Shown here piece after piece: positions 13,853 to 26,132 of a stretch of 64,000 bases of DNA. Numbering within the stretch: position 1 is the stretch's first letter; each line of letters begins with the position of its first letter. The position numbers were made by a program, and so were the translations under genes. Location of the stretch: contig NW_027361696.1 of the NCBI RefSeq assembly GCF_039654945.1, positions 67,828,001 to 67,892,000 on the forward strand, given 5' to 3'. Under the pieces are notes generated by a model. The model was not told the DNA's origin and ran no database searches. It saw nothing but the letters and a program-made list of their open reading frames with translations. This DNA is from Dendrobates tinctorius (lineage: Eukaryota).

Positions 13853-15529
13853 TAAACACCGGAGAATCCTCACAGCACACAGTGCGCATGCCGTGAGGAT
13901 TCGGAAGCCTGCAGTGAGACAGTGTGACTGTAGACATTTATCAATAGACCGGACAACGGGGAATGAGTCACCTCTGGATGTTCGGGTCAGTCAGATTCAG
14001 ACGAATTTTAGTCCAAAGTTCTGTTCAGGTACAAGATTTTGACCCCAAACTCCATATAAGTCAATGGGGACTTGAACTTTGGTGCTGTAAAATGGCTTTA
14101 AAATTGTCATAGTAAGGGCTAGGGAGCTGCAAAAGGAAGAAAAATGGGGGTAAGAGCAGGAGCAGGACAATTGCCCTGCAAACAAATATAAATAGGGAAA
14201 TGACTTAAAATAACGTAGATTACAAAATAGAAAAAATAATAAGCTTAAACCAGGAGGCGGAGGTCCAAGTGGATGAGTAGAGCAGTGCCTTGTGTTTGTA
14301 GTTAATGTACTTGTTAATAAATTAAACAACTTGGGGTCCCTCTATTTTTAATAACCAGCCAAGTGAAAGGCAAACAGCGGTAAGTTGGTCTTATTATGTT
14401 GGGAAAGGAATTGTGCCTTTTTCTGGGAGGTTGATGGCTGATCTTATTAGATTGGGAAAAGGCCAATATCCATGGAGCCTCCTAGCCTATTAACATCAGT
14501 CCCCAGCTGTCTTCTTTGCCATGGCTGGTTATTAAAAATGGGGAACCCAAAACAAAATGACGTAGGGTCCCCCATATTTTTTATAACCAGCTAAGGCAAA
14601 GCAGACAGCTGGGGGCTAATATTTATACGCTGGGAAGGTCCATGGTCCAATTCTGGTGCTTAGCCTCATCTCTACCAATTTCCCTGGTGCAGTGGCAATT
14701 GGGGTGATAGTTTTTTGGGTTGATTTCAGCTGACATCAAGCCCAGGGGTTAGTAATGGAGCGGTGTCTATTAGACACCCCCATTACTAACTCGATATTTA
14801 AAAATAAAAAGACACACACACAGGAAAAAGAAGTTTATTTGAATAAAGATTCTTCCACACATTCCCTGGTTTAACCATTTCTTATTAAAAAATAATCCCT
14901 GCAGCTTCGACGTAATTCATTGTGGTTCCCACGACGTCCAACTATTCCTCCCGGTAACCTATGAAGCGTCAATCTGAGAATGATGCTTCATAGGTTACTG
15001 GTGGTCATGTCTCACAGGCGATGACGTCAGTATATTGTCCCCTTGCCAGCATAAGACCAGCTCACAGCTGTCTTCTCTCCCTTGGTTATTAAAAGTAGGG
15101 GGACCCCATGTAATTTTTTAAATGACTTAATTCTCATGTTCCCTACTCTAATCAGAGTACAATGGTGGTGCCAACCTGGATTCGGTGTTTATACAGGTCT
15201 GGTTACGTGTTGCATCGGCCAGTTTTTGATGGCTTTGGAAGTGCCCACAGTCTAATAGCTTGTTGATTGGCTGTGCTGCAGATTTTCAACAAACTTTATT
15301 CGGCACCGAACCTTCACAGCAAAATGGACTTCCTGGAAAGAGTCTGTGTTTGGAGTTCAGAACTGGATTCTAGGTGTCCAGCATGAACTCCGAACTTTAC
15401 AGTTTGGGTTCGTTCATCCCTAAGGACAACCCTTTAAGGCTCCGTACAACCTTTGAGCAGTTTGGAGCCATAATATGCTATAGGCTATACAGTCTATCTG
15501 TGTGTCTCTGATTTCATAGAGATTTTTAT

Positions 15530-16794
15530 TGTGGCGCCCCTGAGGTTTCAGTCGCCACGGAGGTACTGCACCTCCTCCTGAGGTGTGGTACCCCACCATC
15601 CAGGTAAGGTGGAGACACCTGACCACGCTCCAACACATGCATCCCACACAACACAGTAGTGTAGCAAAGCACCCTTTGGTGGCTCCCTGCTTGGAACACG
15701 AAGCGTTCTGGGAGGCGGGTGGAGTTTAGGTTGCATCAAAAGAACGGGAAGAGTTTTGGATTTAGTCAGTCTGACAGAGTCAGAGGAAGAGTGAAGATCC
15801 CCTGAGTGGGATGGATGAAGGAGGTGCTGCAGCCGACCTCAGTGACCTCGGTCCGCTGGCACACAGGAAAGGAACTTTGATAGAAAGCCTGACTCTCCAT
15901 AAGAATTAAAGGATTAGTATGGAACGTGAGGAGAAGAAGAGAACTAAGGATTAGGGTTAGAGGAGAACCTTTCCAAGTTCTAAGCGCGAGGCCGAGGTCC
16001 GGTCCCCGAGGTTGTATGGATACTAATGGTCCTGCAGCAGACACCGGAGGAATAGAAGTTGTCACCACTTTATTCCCACACCAGACTTGGGGGCACAACA
16101 GCATCGATAGTGAGCCGGGACTAGGTAGTAAGGAGTCCCCGAAGCATGCTACAGCTGTCTGCCGTACAAGTAGAGTTCATAGGAACATCTGACAGGAGGA
16201 ACTCCAGTGTAACTCAGTACTGTGAGTACTTCACTAAAGGCGCTAAGACAGAGACGTTCAGAAAAGGCATATATGTTGGCGGAGTGTTGGAAAGGAGTGC
16301 TTCATCTTGCCTGGAAGTTGGCTGAGCCCCGGACACGGCACCGAGGTGGGCACCTGTACCTGCAACAGACTGTGAGTAAAGCTTTGGAACTACATGCCCT
16401 GGTGTCCTCCACTTATTCCTGCGTCAACACACCCAGCACTGCTACATCCTTGTGTCTAGCCCTGCGCCCGACACTACACAAGTGTCACTTCATCTCACTG
16501 CCCTGGGACTACAGCCCTGCCTGTGGAGGGCTACACCATCATTGCTGCACCCCACCATCTGTCCCAGAGGATCTGTCTGCAGCGTCGGCTTAACACCTTC
16601 ATTGCCGAACACCACAGGTGGCGTCACAACTCATTCATTCATAAACTTTAATCATCATAAGCATACTGAACATTTCCCCCTTGGTTACAGTGGGCGCCCA
16701 GGGCCACAGGCCGGGTCCCAGCTGCCGTGACATCTTCCATTGAAGCTCATCGGGCCCGGTACTGAGTACCCCACAGCCCTGGGAGGGCGACCCA
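15530..16794. mobile_element. Probable solo LTR
   Basis: TGTGGCGCCCC start, GGGCGACCCA end (TG...CA with imperfect inverted ends); flanks TTAT/GTAT; no coding capacity. Confidence 0.45.
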
Positions 16795-16856
16795 GTATTC
16801 CTTGCTATTTCATATTCATCCAGTGGCATCCAGCGGGTTGCCAGCACTTAGGGTAA

Positions 16857-17028
16857 GGCCGGGGTCACACATGCGAGAAACTCGCACGAATCTTGCGTCT
16901 CAATACCTGGCACTGCTGCCGGCACTCAGACCGGAGAGCTCAGCTGCATAGAAATACATGCAGCCGCACACTCCGGTCCCGAGTGCCGGGTATTGAGACG
17001 TGAGTTTCTCGCAAGTGTGACCCCGGCC
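16857..17028. mobile_element. Harbinger-type MITE sharing the TIR core of the autonomous element
   Basis: TAA|GGCCGGGGTCACAC...GTGTGACCCCGGCC|TAA. Confidence 0.8.
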
Positions 17029-17349
17029 TAATGCAGATATCCTGTGCTCCTTAGACCATTAGCATTCCCTGAGCCCTTTTTAGCAGTCCATTATTCAACC
17101 CCCTATCCCCCAAGGAAATGTGTTATATTTAAAAAAAAATACTTTTCTTTAATTCGTTTTTAAAGTCGTTCATGTGACTGACCTTAAAGTATGTAGTGCT
17201 TTCTCTTAGGCTCTGTTCACATGTCAGTTTGGTCATGCCATTTGTCTGTTCTGAATAAGTGACCCACTGAAATGGAGGCAGAGGGGCCTCACTGATTATG
17301 AGGGAGTCTGATTAACAACTAGTGGACTTCCATAACAATCAGTGTAAAC

Positions 17350-17565
17350 ATGACTCAGCAGACGGAGCACAGAACGCAGCCGGGAACAGTGTGTGGTGTG
17401 CAGAGCGCTCTGCCAGCATGACTAGGCAGAACTGGAGGACATAATAAGGGATCTGACGTGAGCTGGTTGTCATGGTGACTAAGAAGAAACTGAGGCCTAG
17501 CAGCTGCTGCTCCGTGCCTGTCACAAGTTTTACCAAACGTGAATTGCAGCATTTTTCTATATATC
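17350..17565. promoter_or_regulatory. Tandem antioxidant-response-element (Nrf2/sMaf) module upstream of ferritin copy 1
   Basis: ATGACTCAGCA 17350-60 and ATGACTAGGCA 17418-28; block is homologous to 45400-45586 and 58450-58636. Confidence 0.72.
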
Positions 17566-18417
17566 AGAAATACGACTGGTCTAATCGTACAAGTTAATGG
17601 GAATTTAGAAAAATAATTCTCTGTAAATAAAAGTCCTAGAATCGCCATCTTCTGTCCTGTTCTGTCCGTCATGACAGCTCACACACTGGTTGTTACCCAA
17701 TGTTTCTAGTGCCCTAAACAACAAACTGGTGTTCCTACATGTATAACTAAAGTGGGTGCAGGGCCATTAAGCCTAGGGGCCCCAAAGGGTCCCTTTGGCC
17801 CATATGAGAATACCAATGCTATTAAAGTCCAGTGATATTTGGGGCCCTGTGCGAGATTTTACACAAGCTTCAAGTTACGCCACTTTCTATAAAGCTAAGC
17901 AAGTTTTGTTTTTACATAGTTGCCAAAATGGCAAATAGATTTGGGACACCTCAGAGACAATCCCAGCAAATTTGGGACAGCTGGCGTACATGTTTTCAGG
18001 GTTTTGGGAAAAATAAATATACTGTAGTTTCTGTGAAAGCTGAGATGGCGGCCCATATTAGTTGTCTTCCTGAATTATAACTTAAGGCTGGAGTCACACT
18101 AACCTGCGCAAAATACGCTCCGTATTTTACTTGCGTAATACGGATGAATGACCACTAAATAGTGGTCCGTAGGTCATCCGTAAGCAAGGTGAGGTCGCGT
18201 ATTTTGCGCACGTGTGCATCCGTATGTAATCCGTGTGGCATCCGTATGGCGAGATTTTCTCGCAGCCTTGCAAAATGGACATTTAACGGTTTTGAGGCCT
18301 GCAAACAATTTAAATCATTAGCCTGCACCCTATTTAGACACTCAGAAACAGGTGGATGCCTACATTCTGTACATTTGGCACCTTGCTTTCACGAGGTGTG
18401 TTGGTGTTTTGTGCAGC

Positions 18418-19934
18418 ATGGCAGAGGGTCTGACATTCAATACAACCGAGCAGGTTCTCTTTACCTGGCTTTTGTCACGGCGCTTTGGCCAACCATATCC
18501 TGTGATAGTGGATCTGCGGAGGAGGAGACGCATGTGGGTACATCCACTTTTGAGGCAACGACTCACAAGAGGTCATTTTCACCGCCTCTATTCGTCTCTG
18601 CGGGAGCATCCGGAGAAATTTTATCAGTACTGTCGCATGAGCATTTCCACATTTGATCGCCTCTTGGAGACAGTGCGCCCTGGGATCACATTTCAGGACA
18701 CTAGGATGCGCCAAGCCATATCTGCAGAGGAGCGACTTCTACTCACAATACGGTATGTACTACACAACCACATTCTCTATGTTCATAATGTGTGTGTTAA
18801 TTTATGTTTTCTGGCCTTCTTGGACAAAGTTTAATACCCTCATCTTACTCAAAATATGTTTCACCTGACACAGCAGAATGTTACATCTAATATGTACTGC
18901 ATATCACTTAGTCATTGTGCCACCAAATATGTGTGTGTTGTTCTCTCTCATTTCCTACCAAGTTTGGTCGGCATGTAACTGATTTTTTTTTACTTTAGTC
19001 ATTCTAACCTGTACTATTTCTGTTGTTCTACAGCTTCCTGTCCACTGGCCTGTCTTATGCCGCCCTCCACCATGAGTTTCTCATTGGAAAGTCAACCATT
19101 TCAGGCATAGTGAGGTCTACATGTGCAGAAATCTGGACAAGACTCCATCAGGTGGTCCTACCCGAGCCCAGGATGGAAGACTGGTTAAGGATTTCAAGGG
19201 ACTTTGAGGAGGACTGCCAGTTTCCAAATTGTATTGGGGCCCTGGATGGCAAACATATCAGGGTGCGTAAGCCGCCGAACTCAGGCTCCCAATTCTTCAA
19301 TTATAAGCAATACTTTTCTGTTGTATTGTTGGCTCTGGTAGACCCTCAATACAAGTTTATAATTGTTGACATTGGGGCCTATGGAAGGACGGGAGACTCT
19401 AGAGTCTTCAATACTTCCATAATGGGTTGGCGGCTACGCACCAACCAGTTGGATCTACCACCACCACGCCAGCTACCAGGCTCCCCCGAACAATCAGTCC
19501 CTTATGTCCTTGTGGCAGATGAGGCCTTTCAGTTATCACGTAATGTCATGAGGCCATATCCCCGGAGCAACCTTGACCACAGGCGCAGAATTTTTAACTT
19601 GCGCCTATCACGTGCTAGGCGACTGGTGGAGTGTTCCTTTGGGATTCTTTGTGCCAAATGGCGGGTACTCCAGTCTGCCATTCAGTTGAGTGAGCAAAAT
19701 GTGAATGAAGTTGTGAAAGCCTGTGTTGTTCTGCATAACTTCACCAGGATACATGATTGTTCCTCCTCTGATGGTGTTGTGCGTAGGCCGGACAATGTGC
19801 GCAGGGTGAGACCACCTATCATCCCTCAACGTAGACCGCTCTCTGGCCTCAAAGTGCGTGATATATTCACAAATTACTTTATCTCACCTGAGGGGGCAAC
19901 TTCTTGGCAAGAGAATGCTGTGTCTATGTTATAA
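18418..19934 (+). CDS. Harbinger DDE transposase; join(18418..18752, 19034..19934), 411 aa, apparently intact
   Basis: Phase-2 GT-AG intron restores TIR-FLSTG. Catalytic motifs IGALDGKHI, VADEAF and RLVECSFGIL; N-terminal WVHP and YCRMS motifs; no stops. Confidence 0.88.
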
Positions 19935-20282
19935 TTTGTTTTTTTAAAAGTGTGTCTAAATATATATTACTCAAGCCTTTATGATTCTATGAGTGTTTCA
20001 TTGCATTGGTTGGTGTCTGTTAGTATGTTGTGAGGGATAGTGTAAAATCACACAGAGACGTTAACTAGAGTAGACAAATTTTTAGTTTTGCCTTTTTTTT
20101 TTTTTTGTTTTGCTTAAAGGCAAACATAATTTTGCCATAACACAAATTTGGCAATGGCCAAAATGACCCTTTGTGCCTTCTTTAACTTGGTGCAACATTA
20201 ACATTACAGAAAAAAACTGCAAAAAACATTATGCAATAACAACATTGCTGCATGCCTACATTAACCTTGATTAGGCAACAAA

Positions 20283-20798
20283 GGGTGAGCTCCATCACCT
20301 AAATATAGTCAATAAGATAACACTCACATTTCCTCATAATGTTTTCCAAACATAGAAAGATTCCACCATGACAGGCAAGGCTACCTCACATCTTTCACAC
20401 AGATATTACCTGTCTGTAGAACAGACAATATTTAAGCATGCTATACTGGAAAGGATGAAAATATAAAACTCACTTGTTAAGACATAGAGAGAGCGTGATA
20501 TTGTGAATGCTGGTCGCCTCAAGTTGGTTTACTAGAGAATGCTAATAACAAAGTTGACTACTTAACTAAAGGCAAGCACGCCTTTCCTATGCATTAACAA
20601 GTGATTAGTGTATTTTCATCCTTTCAGGTAACAGTATAGCGCATTTAAATATTCTCTTTTATACACACATGTAATATCTGTGTGAAAGGCATGAGGTAGC
20701 GTTGCCTGTCATGATGGATTGTTTCATATGTTTGGAAAACATTGTTTAAAAATGTGAGTGTTAAATTATGTTCTAAATGTTGGTGAAGGAGAACACCT
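20283..20798. repeat. Imperfect ~215-bp inverted repeat between the convergent Harbinger genes
   Basis: Arms ~20283-20497 and ~20577-20798, e.g. AATGTTTTCCAAACATA/TATGTTTGGAAAACATT and TTTCACACAGATATTAC/GTAATATCTGTGTGAAA. Confidence 0.85.
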
Positions 20799-20860
20799 GT
20801 TTTTTTTGTCTAGATTAGAAGCACCAGTTACATGTAACTGGACATCTCCAAATTTTTGAT

Positions 20861-22613
20861 TCATAAATCCTCATATGTAGGGGAAGGGGAACGGGGAGGA
20901 ACAGCCTGTGGGTGCTGCTGGACATTGTGGGCAACATCGCCCTGTGTGGGGCCATACTGTTGCCCATGATGCTGTTGTCCAGCCTCCTGGGCCTGTTGGT
21001 GATACTGGCCAGAGTAATGATGATGGTGAGGGGCTTCTTGTGGGCTATGGTAGGCCCGTGGCTCATACCCACCAAGATAGCCAGATCGTCCCCAACCAGG
21101 TTGGGACCAGCCTCCAACACTGGGTGGGTACAAGTGGCCATATTGGTGGGGTTGGCTTGAGGAAGACATTTGGGGCTGCGGAATAGAAGGATGGGTAGGG
21201 GGAGGAAGGGCTTGAGGTGTTGGCCCACGTATTAGGGGCTGTTCAGACCCTGCTTGAGCAAGCATCTGTGTGGATGGTCTCATGCGCATTAAATTTCTTG
21301 GTGAGAGCTGCCACCTCTCCAGAAATTCAAACACCTCATATGGGGTATTGGGGGGGTGCTTGCATCAAGCAGGATCTGAATACATCCCCTAATACGGAGC
21401 CTGACCTCACGGGTAAGGGCACGGAGATAAAGGGTGAGGCTACGTGCATAGGCCTCCTCACCATCATCTGTAGTGACTCTGGACAAGTAATTCAGCACCC
21501 CAGTGTCCACATTGGTCCTGCTCTCTTGAATGGTGACCTGGCGCCTTCTTCTTATTCGCCGTGATGCTAGAGCAGCCTGTGGGGAGGGCCTGATCTGGGC
21601 AGTTGGGCTGCTGCTCAAGTTGCCCATCTCTTCCAGGATGGGTGAGGTTGCAGCTGCAGACCGTCCTGGTGGTGTGTTGTGTAGAGCAGCCATTGTGTGT
21701 TCTGGTGATGCCTCCTCTTCAGCCATCCTTCTTGTAGGGGGAGAAGATGGGCCAGCCACCTCATCCCCTACAGGATCTATAATGGGCTCTGCCTCTGAGG
21801 CCGTTCTTCGATCCGTAAGGTTGGATTGAGTTCTGTTATGAAATAGAACAGAGGCAAAAATACATCAATATTTTTGTCCCTGTAAAGTATTTGTGTAATG
21901 TTTTTGTGTCATGTGGTGTGAGGTATGTACTTACGGTCTCAGAGCCAGAATTGGGGCGAGGAAGTTCAGCCGGTCATAGTAGATATATTTGCGCTTTACA
22001 TGGCCAGCATCCCCACTCCTGGACCGCTGCTGGCGTTCCCGGCGGTACTGGTCCCGGATGCTTCTCCACCGTTTCATCACATCTTCCACTGCAATGTGAC
22101 AGGAAAGATTGTCAAAATCACATATTTGAGAGGTCACATTTTCAAACAGTAGTCTAGGCATGGGGCCTTATGGGGTGTGCGTTCTACCCATGGTGGCATA
22201 TGTAATTGGGCCGATACCCAGGGTCTCATTAGCTCACCTGAAACTAATTTTAGTGGCTAGGAGGATGAGGAGCTTGTGGCCTAACCCGTAATTATGGCTG
22301 TGTGAAGCCACGTGTCACATCCTAATGTAACGGCCTCATGAGGCTAATAAAAGTACATGCACAGGAAGGGGGGGGGGCTGATTGTAGATTCATTTTATAG
22401 CGCGCGCTAACGTTAATTATATTTTTATGGTTGCACTTATGAATTTTATGCTGCTCATCACGTGGTCTGTCACCAAAGTCATGGTACATCTGGCGACAGA
22501 TGCGCCTCCTTTCTTGTGCGGTTCGCATAGTTTGCGTCGCGTGGGTCCCATATTTCTGGACGCTCCTGCACCAGCACAATGAGCATCTCTACATTAATAT
22601 ATGTGGACGCCAT
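20861..22613 (-). pseudogene. Harbinger Myb/SANT (MADF) + BESS-like DNA-binding gene, 3 exons (22613-22441, 22088-21935, 21832-20861), disabled
   Basis: MASTYINVEMLIVLVQERPEIWDPRDANYANR..., RWRSIRDQYRRE..YIYYDRLNFL and BESS-like DGEEAYARSLTLYLRALTREVRLRIRGCIQILL. Lesions: frameshift at ~22505, intron-1 donor reads ATAAGT, and a 1-nt-short C run at 21350-56. Confidence 0.8.
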
Positions 22614-22993
22614 GCTGCTGCTGTACTCCGTGGAGGCGTACTTCCTGGATGTCTGGAGCGCTTTTTGAGCTCATTTGCATGTCTAGGCTTCCTGATGATG
22701 GATTGGCCCATTTCCTGTTCACCAGCCAAAAGACCTGCGTATTGCTCGCAGGTCACACGTGTGGTCAGTGTGTAATCCGTATTTTTTGCGCACCCATAGA
22801 CTTGCATTGGCGTACTACGGGCGTAGTACGCTGACAATCGCAGCATGCTGCGAGTGGCACGGAGCGTAGGATACGGAGGAGAAATATACGCCTGGTGCGA
22901 GTGACCCCATAGAGAATCATTTGTCCGTGTCTAATGCGTGCTTTTAGCGCCTCTCACTCTCCCGTATTCCTCGCCAGTGTGACTCCGGCCTAA

Positions 22994-23771
22994 GACTATG
23001 TACCCACGTAGCAGAAATGCTGCGGAAATTTCTGCAACATTTCCTCACTCCCGCCGCGGGTAAAACGCATGCAAATTTGCATGCGTTTTCCCATGGAAAA
23101 CAAGCGTTTTGCAAGCGTTTTTTGCTTGCGGAAAGCTTGCGCATTACAAGCGATTAGCATCGCTTGGAATGTGATCGGTAGGATGTTAAAATAATATAAC
23201 AAATAAAAAAAATATTGTTATTCTCACCTTATGACGGCCCCCAATCTGCTCTGCGGCGCTTCCGGCATCTTCCGGTCCCAGTAATGCTTTGCGCGAAGGA
23301 CCTGAGATGATGTCTCGCTCGCGAGAGCGCGATGTCATCGCGGTCATTCGCGCAAAGCATTACTGGGATCGGAAGATGCCGGGAGCGTGGGGAGAGATGG
23401 GAAGGACTCCGGGGGCTGCCGGAGGGTGAGTATATCACTATTTTTTATTTTTATTCTATTTTCTACAGGATTATGCTACCCAGGGCCTGGAGGAGAATCT
23501 CCTCTCCTCCAGGCCCTGGGTACCATCCGCACCTAATCCGCTTACTTTGCGCATGGTGGACATAGCCACATGCGGAAAGTAAGCAGATCAATGCATTCCT
23601 ATGGGTGCGTAATCGCCGCGATTCCGCAAATAGAATGAGTGGAATCGCATAGCGGAAAAATCCGCAGCATTAGCACAGCATTGCGGAATCCCATAGGATT
23701 GCATGGGATGGGTTTTTTTTGCTTTTTCGCGGCGATTCCGCAGCGGAAAAAAGCAAAGTGTGCACTCAGCC
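22994..23771. mobile_element. Long TWA-target MITE directly abutting the Harbinger right end (related to 31534-32436 and 53616-54478)
   Basis: Shares the TAA at 22991-93 with the Harbinger; ends GTGTGCACTCAGCC|TAA; central CpG-rich palindrome. Confidence 0.7.
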
Positions 23772-26132
23772 TAAGGCCTATTTAGAAGGGTCAGTGAGGG
23801 TTTTCGGGGAGGGAGGAGGGCACATTTACAACCTTGCAAAAATAGCATCACACCAAATTTGTACCTGGGGAAAGTCACAAGTAAAAATCTCTCTGTTAGG
23901 GCTCATTCACACGTCTGATTTTTTTCACGTATGAGAAAAATGGACAAATTATTCTAATCAGACTGTGGTCCGGAGTGTTATCAGTTTTTCTCTTACGTAG
24001 AGAAACAGTAAAAAAAAAAGTCTCCATCTTCTCCATTCTGTCAGTCCGTGAATATCGGACCACACTCAATTATCATCCGAGTGCCGTCCGATTTTTTTTC
24101 ACGAACCCATAGACTAGCATTGCCAATTTTAATCTGACCCTCGGATCAAAATCGGACACGTCTCCATGATTTTCTGCTGACCTCTTTGCCCACAAAAAAT
24201 CATGGACATGTGAATGGCCCCATAGGCAGTCAAAGGTACGGGTGGTAGCTGTGAAAAACACGGATTGCACTAGTATGTAAAAATAGGACTTATGAATCAG
24301 CCCTTAAGTCTCATTCAGACATCGGTGATTTTTGCACCTGTGCAAAAAAATTATACTAGTGTCATCAGTGTTTGCAGTCTTTACCATCAATGTTTCATCA
24401 GTGAGTTTCATAGATGAAAAAAAAAATTACAAAAACGGACACCTCCGGTTGGGGCTACATGGCGATGTGTGTCGTGTGACAGCAATTCTCAGACAGGTCA
24501 TATGATCAAAAACATCCATCCAACTTGTCTGCGACTTGCTGTCATGTGACTATTTCAAAGCTCTGATTTTGCTGTAAAATATTAAAAAAAGGCCAAATCG
24601 CACCCACATCGCAGACGCATGTGACTTGCGTTGATGTCGAGACTGAAAATCCAACATTTTTGGAAATATTTGCAATGTTTTGTTGCAGGCTGCAATTGTT
24701 TTTTTGAGTTCTGTGCATGCCTAGAAAACTAGAGAAGCTTAGAGACACCTCTACTAATGATGAGCGAACATGCTCGGAAAAGGTGTTATCCGAGCATGCG
24801 CGTGAGATCTTTGGCGTGCTTGAATACTATGTTCGAGTCCCCGCGGCTGCATGTCTCACTGCTGTTCTAGCAAACAGGCAATCCCTGCACGTGTTACGGC
24901 TGTTGAACAACCATGAGACATGCAGCTGCGGGGACTCAAACATAGTATTCGAGCACGCCAACGATGCTCTATTAATGGACGCACGTGCTCAGATAACACC
25001 TTATCTGAGCACGTTCACTCATCACTAACCTCTACTAAAAAGAGGCTTAGTGACACATCGCTGCAATCCAGACCTTTGCCCCTACATTATTTTGCTCTCA
25101 GATGAGGTTGCAAAAACCTGGTGGCAGAGTCTCATTAATTTCTGTAATATATTAGCTAAGGTTGTGGGGATATCATATTACCAGCGATAACAACATGAAG
25201 ACACGGGATATTTGGATCAGCATTATTCTAAAGTCCCCGTCTCACATAGCGAGATCGTTAGCGAGATCGCTGAAACGTCACCGATGTTGTGATGCAACAG
25301 CGACCTTGCCAGCGATCTCGCTACGTATGACACGTAGCGGCGACCAGACCCAACTGCGATGTCACTGATCGTGCTTGATTGTCCTGGGAGGGAGTCGACA
25401 GAATCGCTGCTGTGTGACAAGGTCCCAACGACCGCTGAGGTCGTTATACAGATCGTTGCTGCGTCGTTGGGTAAATCTGCCTGTTTGACGGCTTACTAGC
25501 GACCATGTAGCAACGTACCAGCGATCCTTACCAGGTCGTATTGTTGTTGGGATCGCTGGTGCGTCACTTAGTGTAACGGTACCTTAAGGAAGGAAGACAA
25601 ATCGGCAAATTCAAGTGAACAGGGTAACACAATAAGGATTAAGGACTAATGCACTTAATATTTACCCAAGTGTAATTTATACTCTATCCCAGTGTTCCCC
25701 AACTCCATTCCTCAACAGTTCATGTTTTTAGGATTTCCTTATTAGGGCCCAGGTGATAATTGCAGTAGCTGCACATGCAATAATTCCATCACCTGGGCAA
25801 TACTAATGAAATCCTGAAAACCTGACCGGTTGGTGGCTCTTGAGGACTGGAGTCGGGGAACAATGCGAGTCTATCCTTATGACAACATCCCGTACTGACT
25901 GGGAGGTGTAAAAATGAAATGTTAGGCTGGGGTCACACTGCGTTATGGCAGTCCGTTAGACGGACTGCATTACACGGCGGTATAACGCGGTGTAACGCAG
26001 TTGGTTAACGCTGCCATTAAACCACATTATCGGGTGCATCACTATCGCATGACATAATCGATGTGTCATCATTCTGTGACGGAGTCTCGGACGTGGGCTG
26101 CAGCGTCTGAGGCTCCGTCACCGCTAGCACAG

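Larger units (their letters stand above)
18086..22990 (+). mobile_element. Full-length PIF/Harbinger DNA transposon (4905 bp)
   Basis: TIRs GGCTGGAGTCACACT / AGTGTGACTCCGGCC; TAA TSD (18083-85, 22991-93); convergent DDE transposase and Myb/MADF genes. Confidence 0.93.

Noticed and set aside
18352-19934. Host HARBI1 gene
   Set aside because: Enclosed by TIRs and a TAA TSD, with a MADF partner and a local MITE derivative, so it is a transposon copy.
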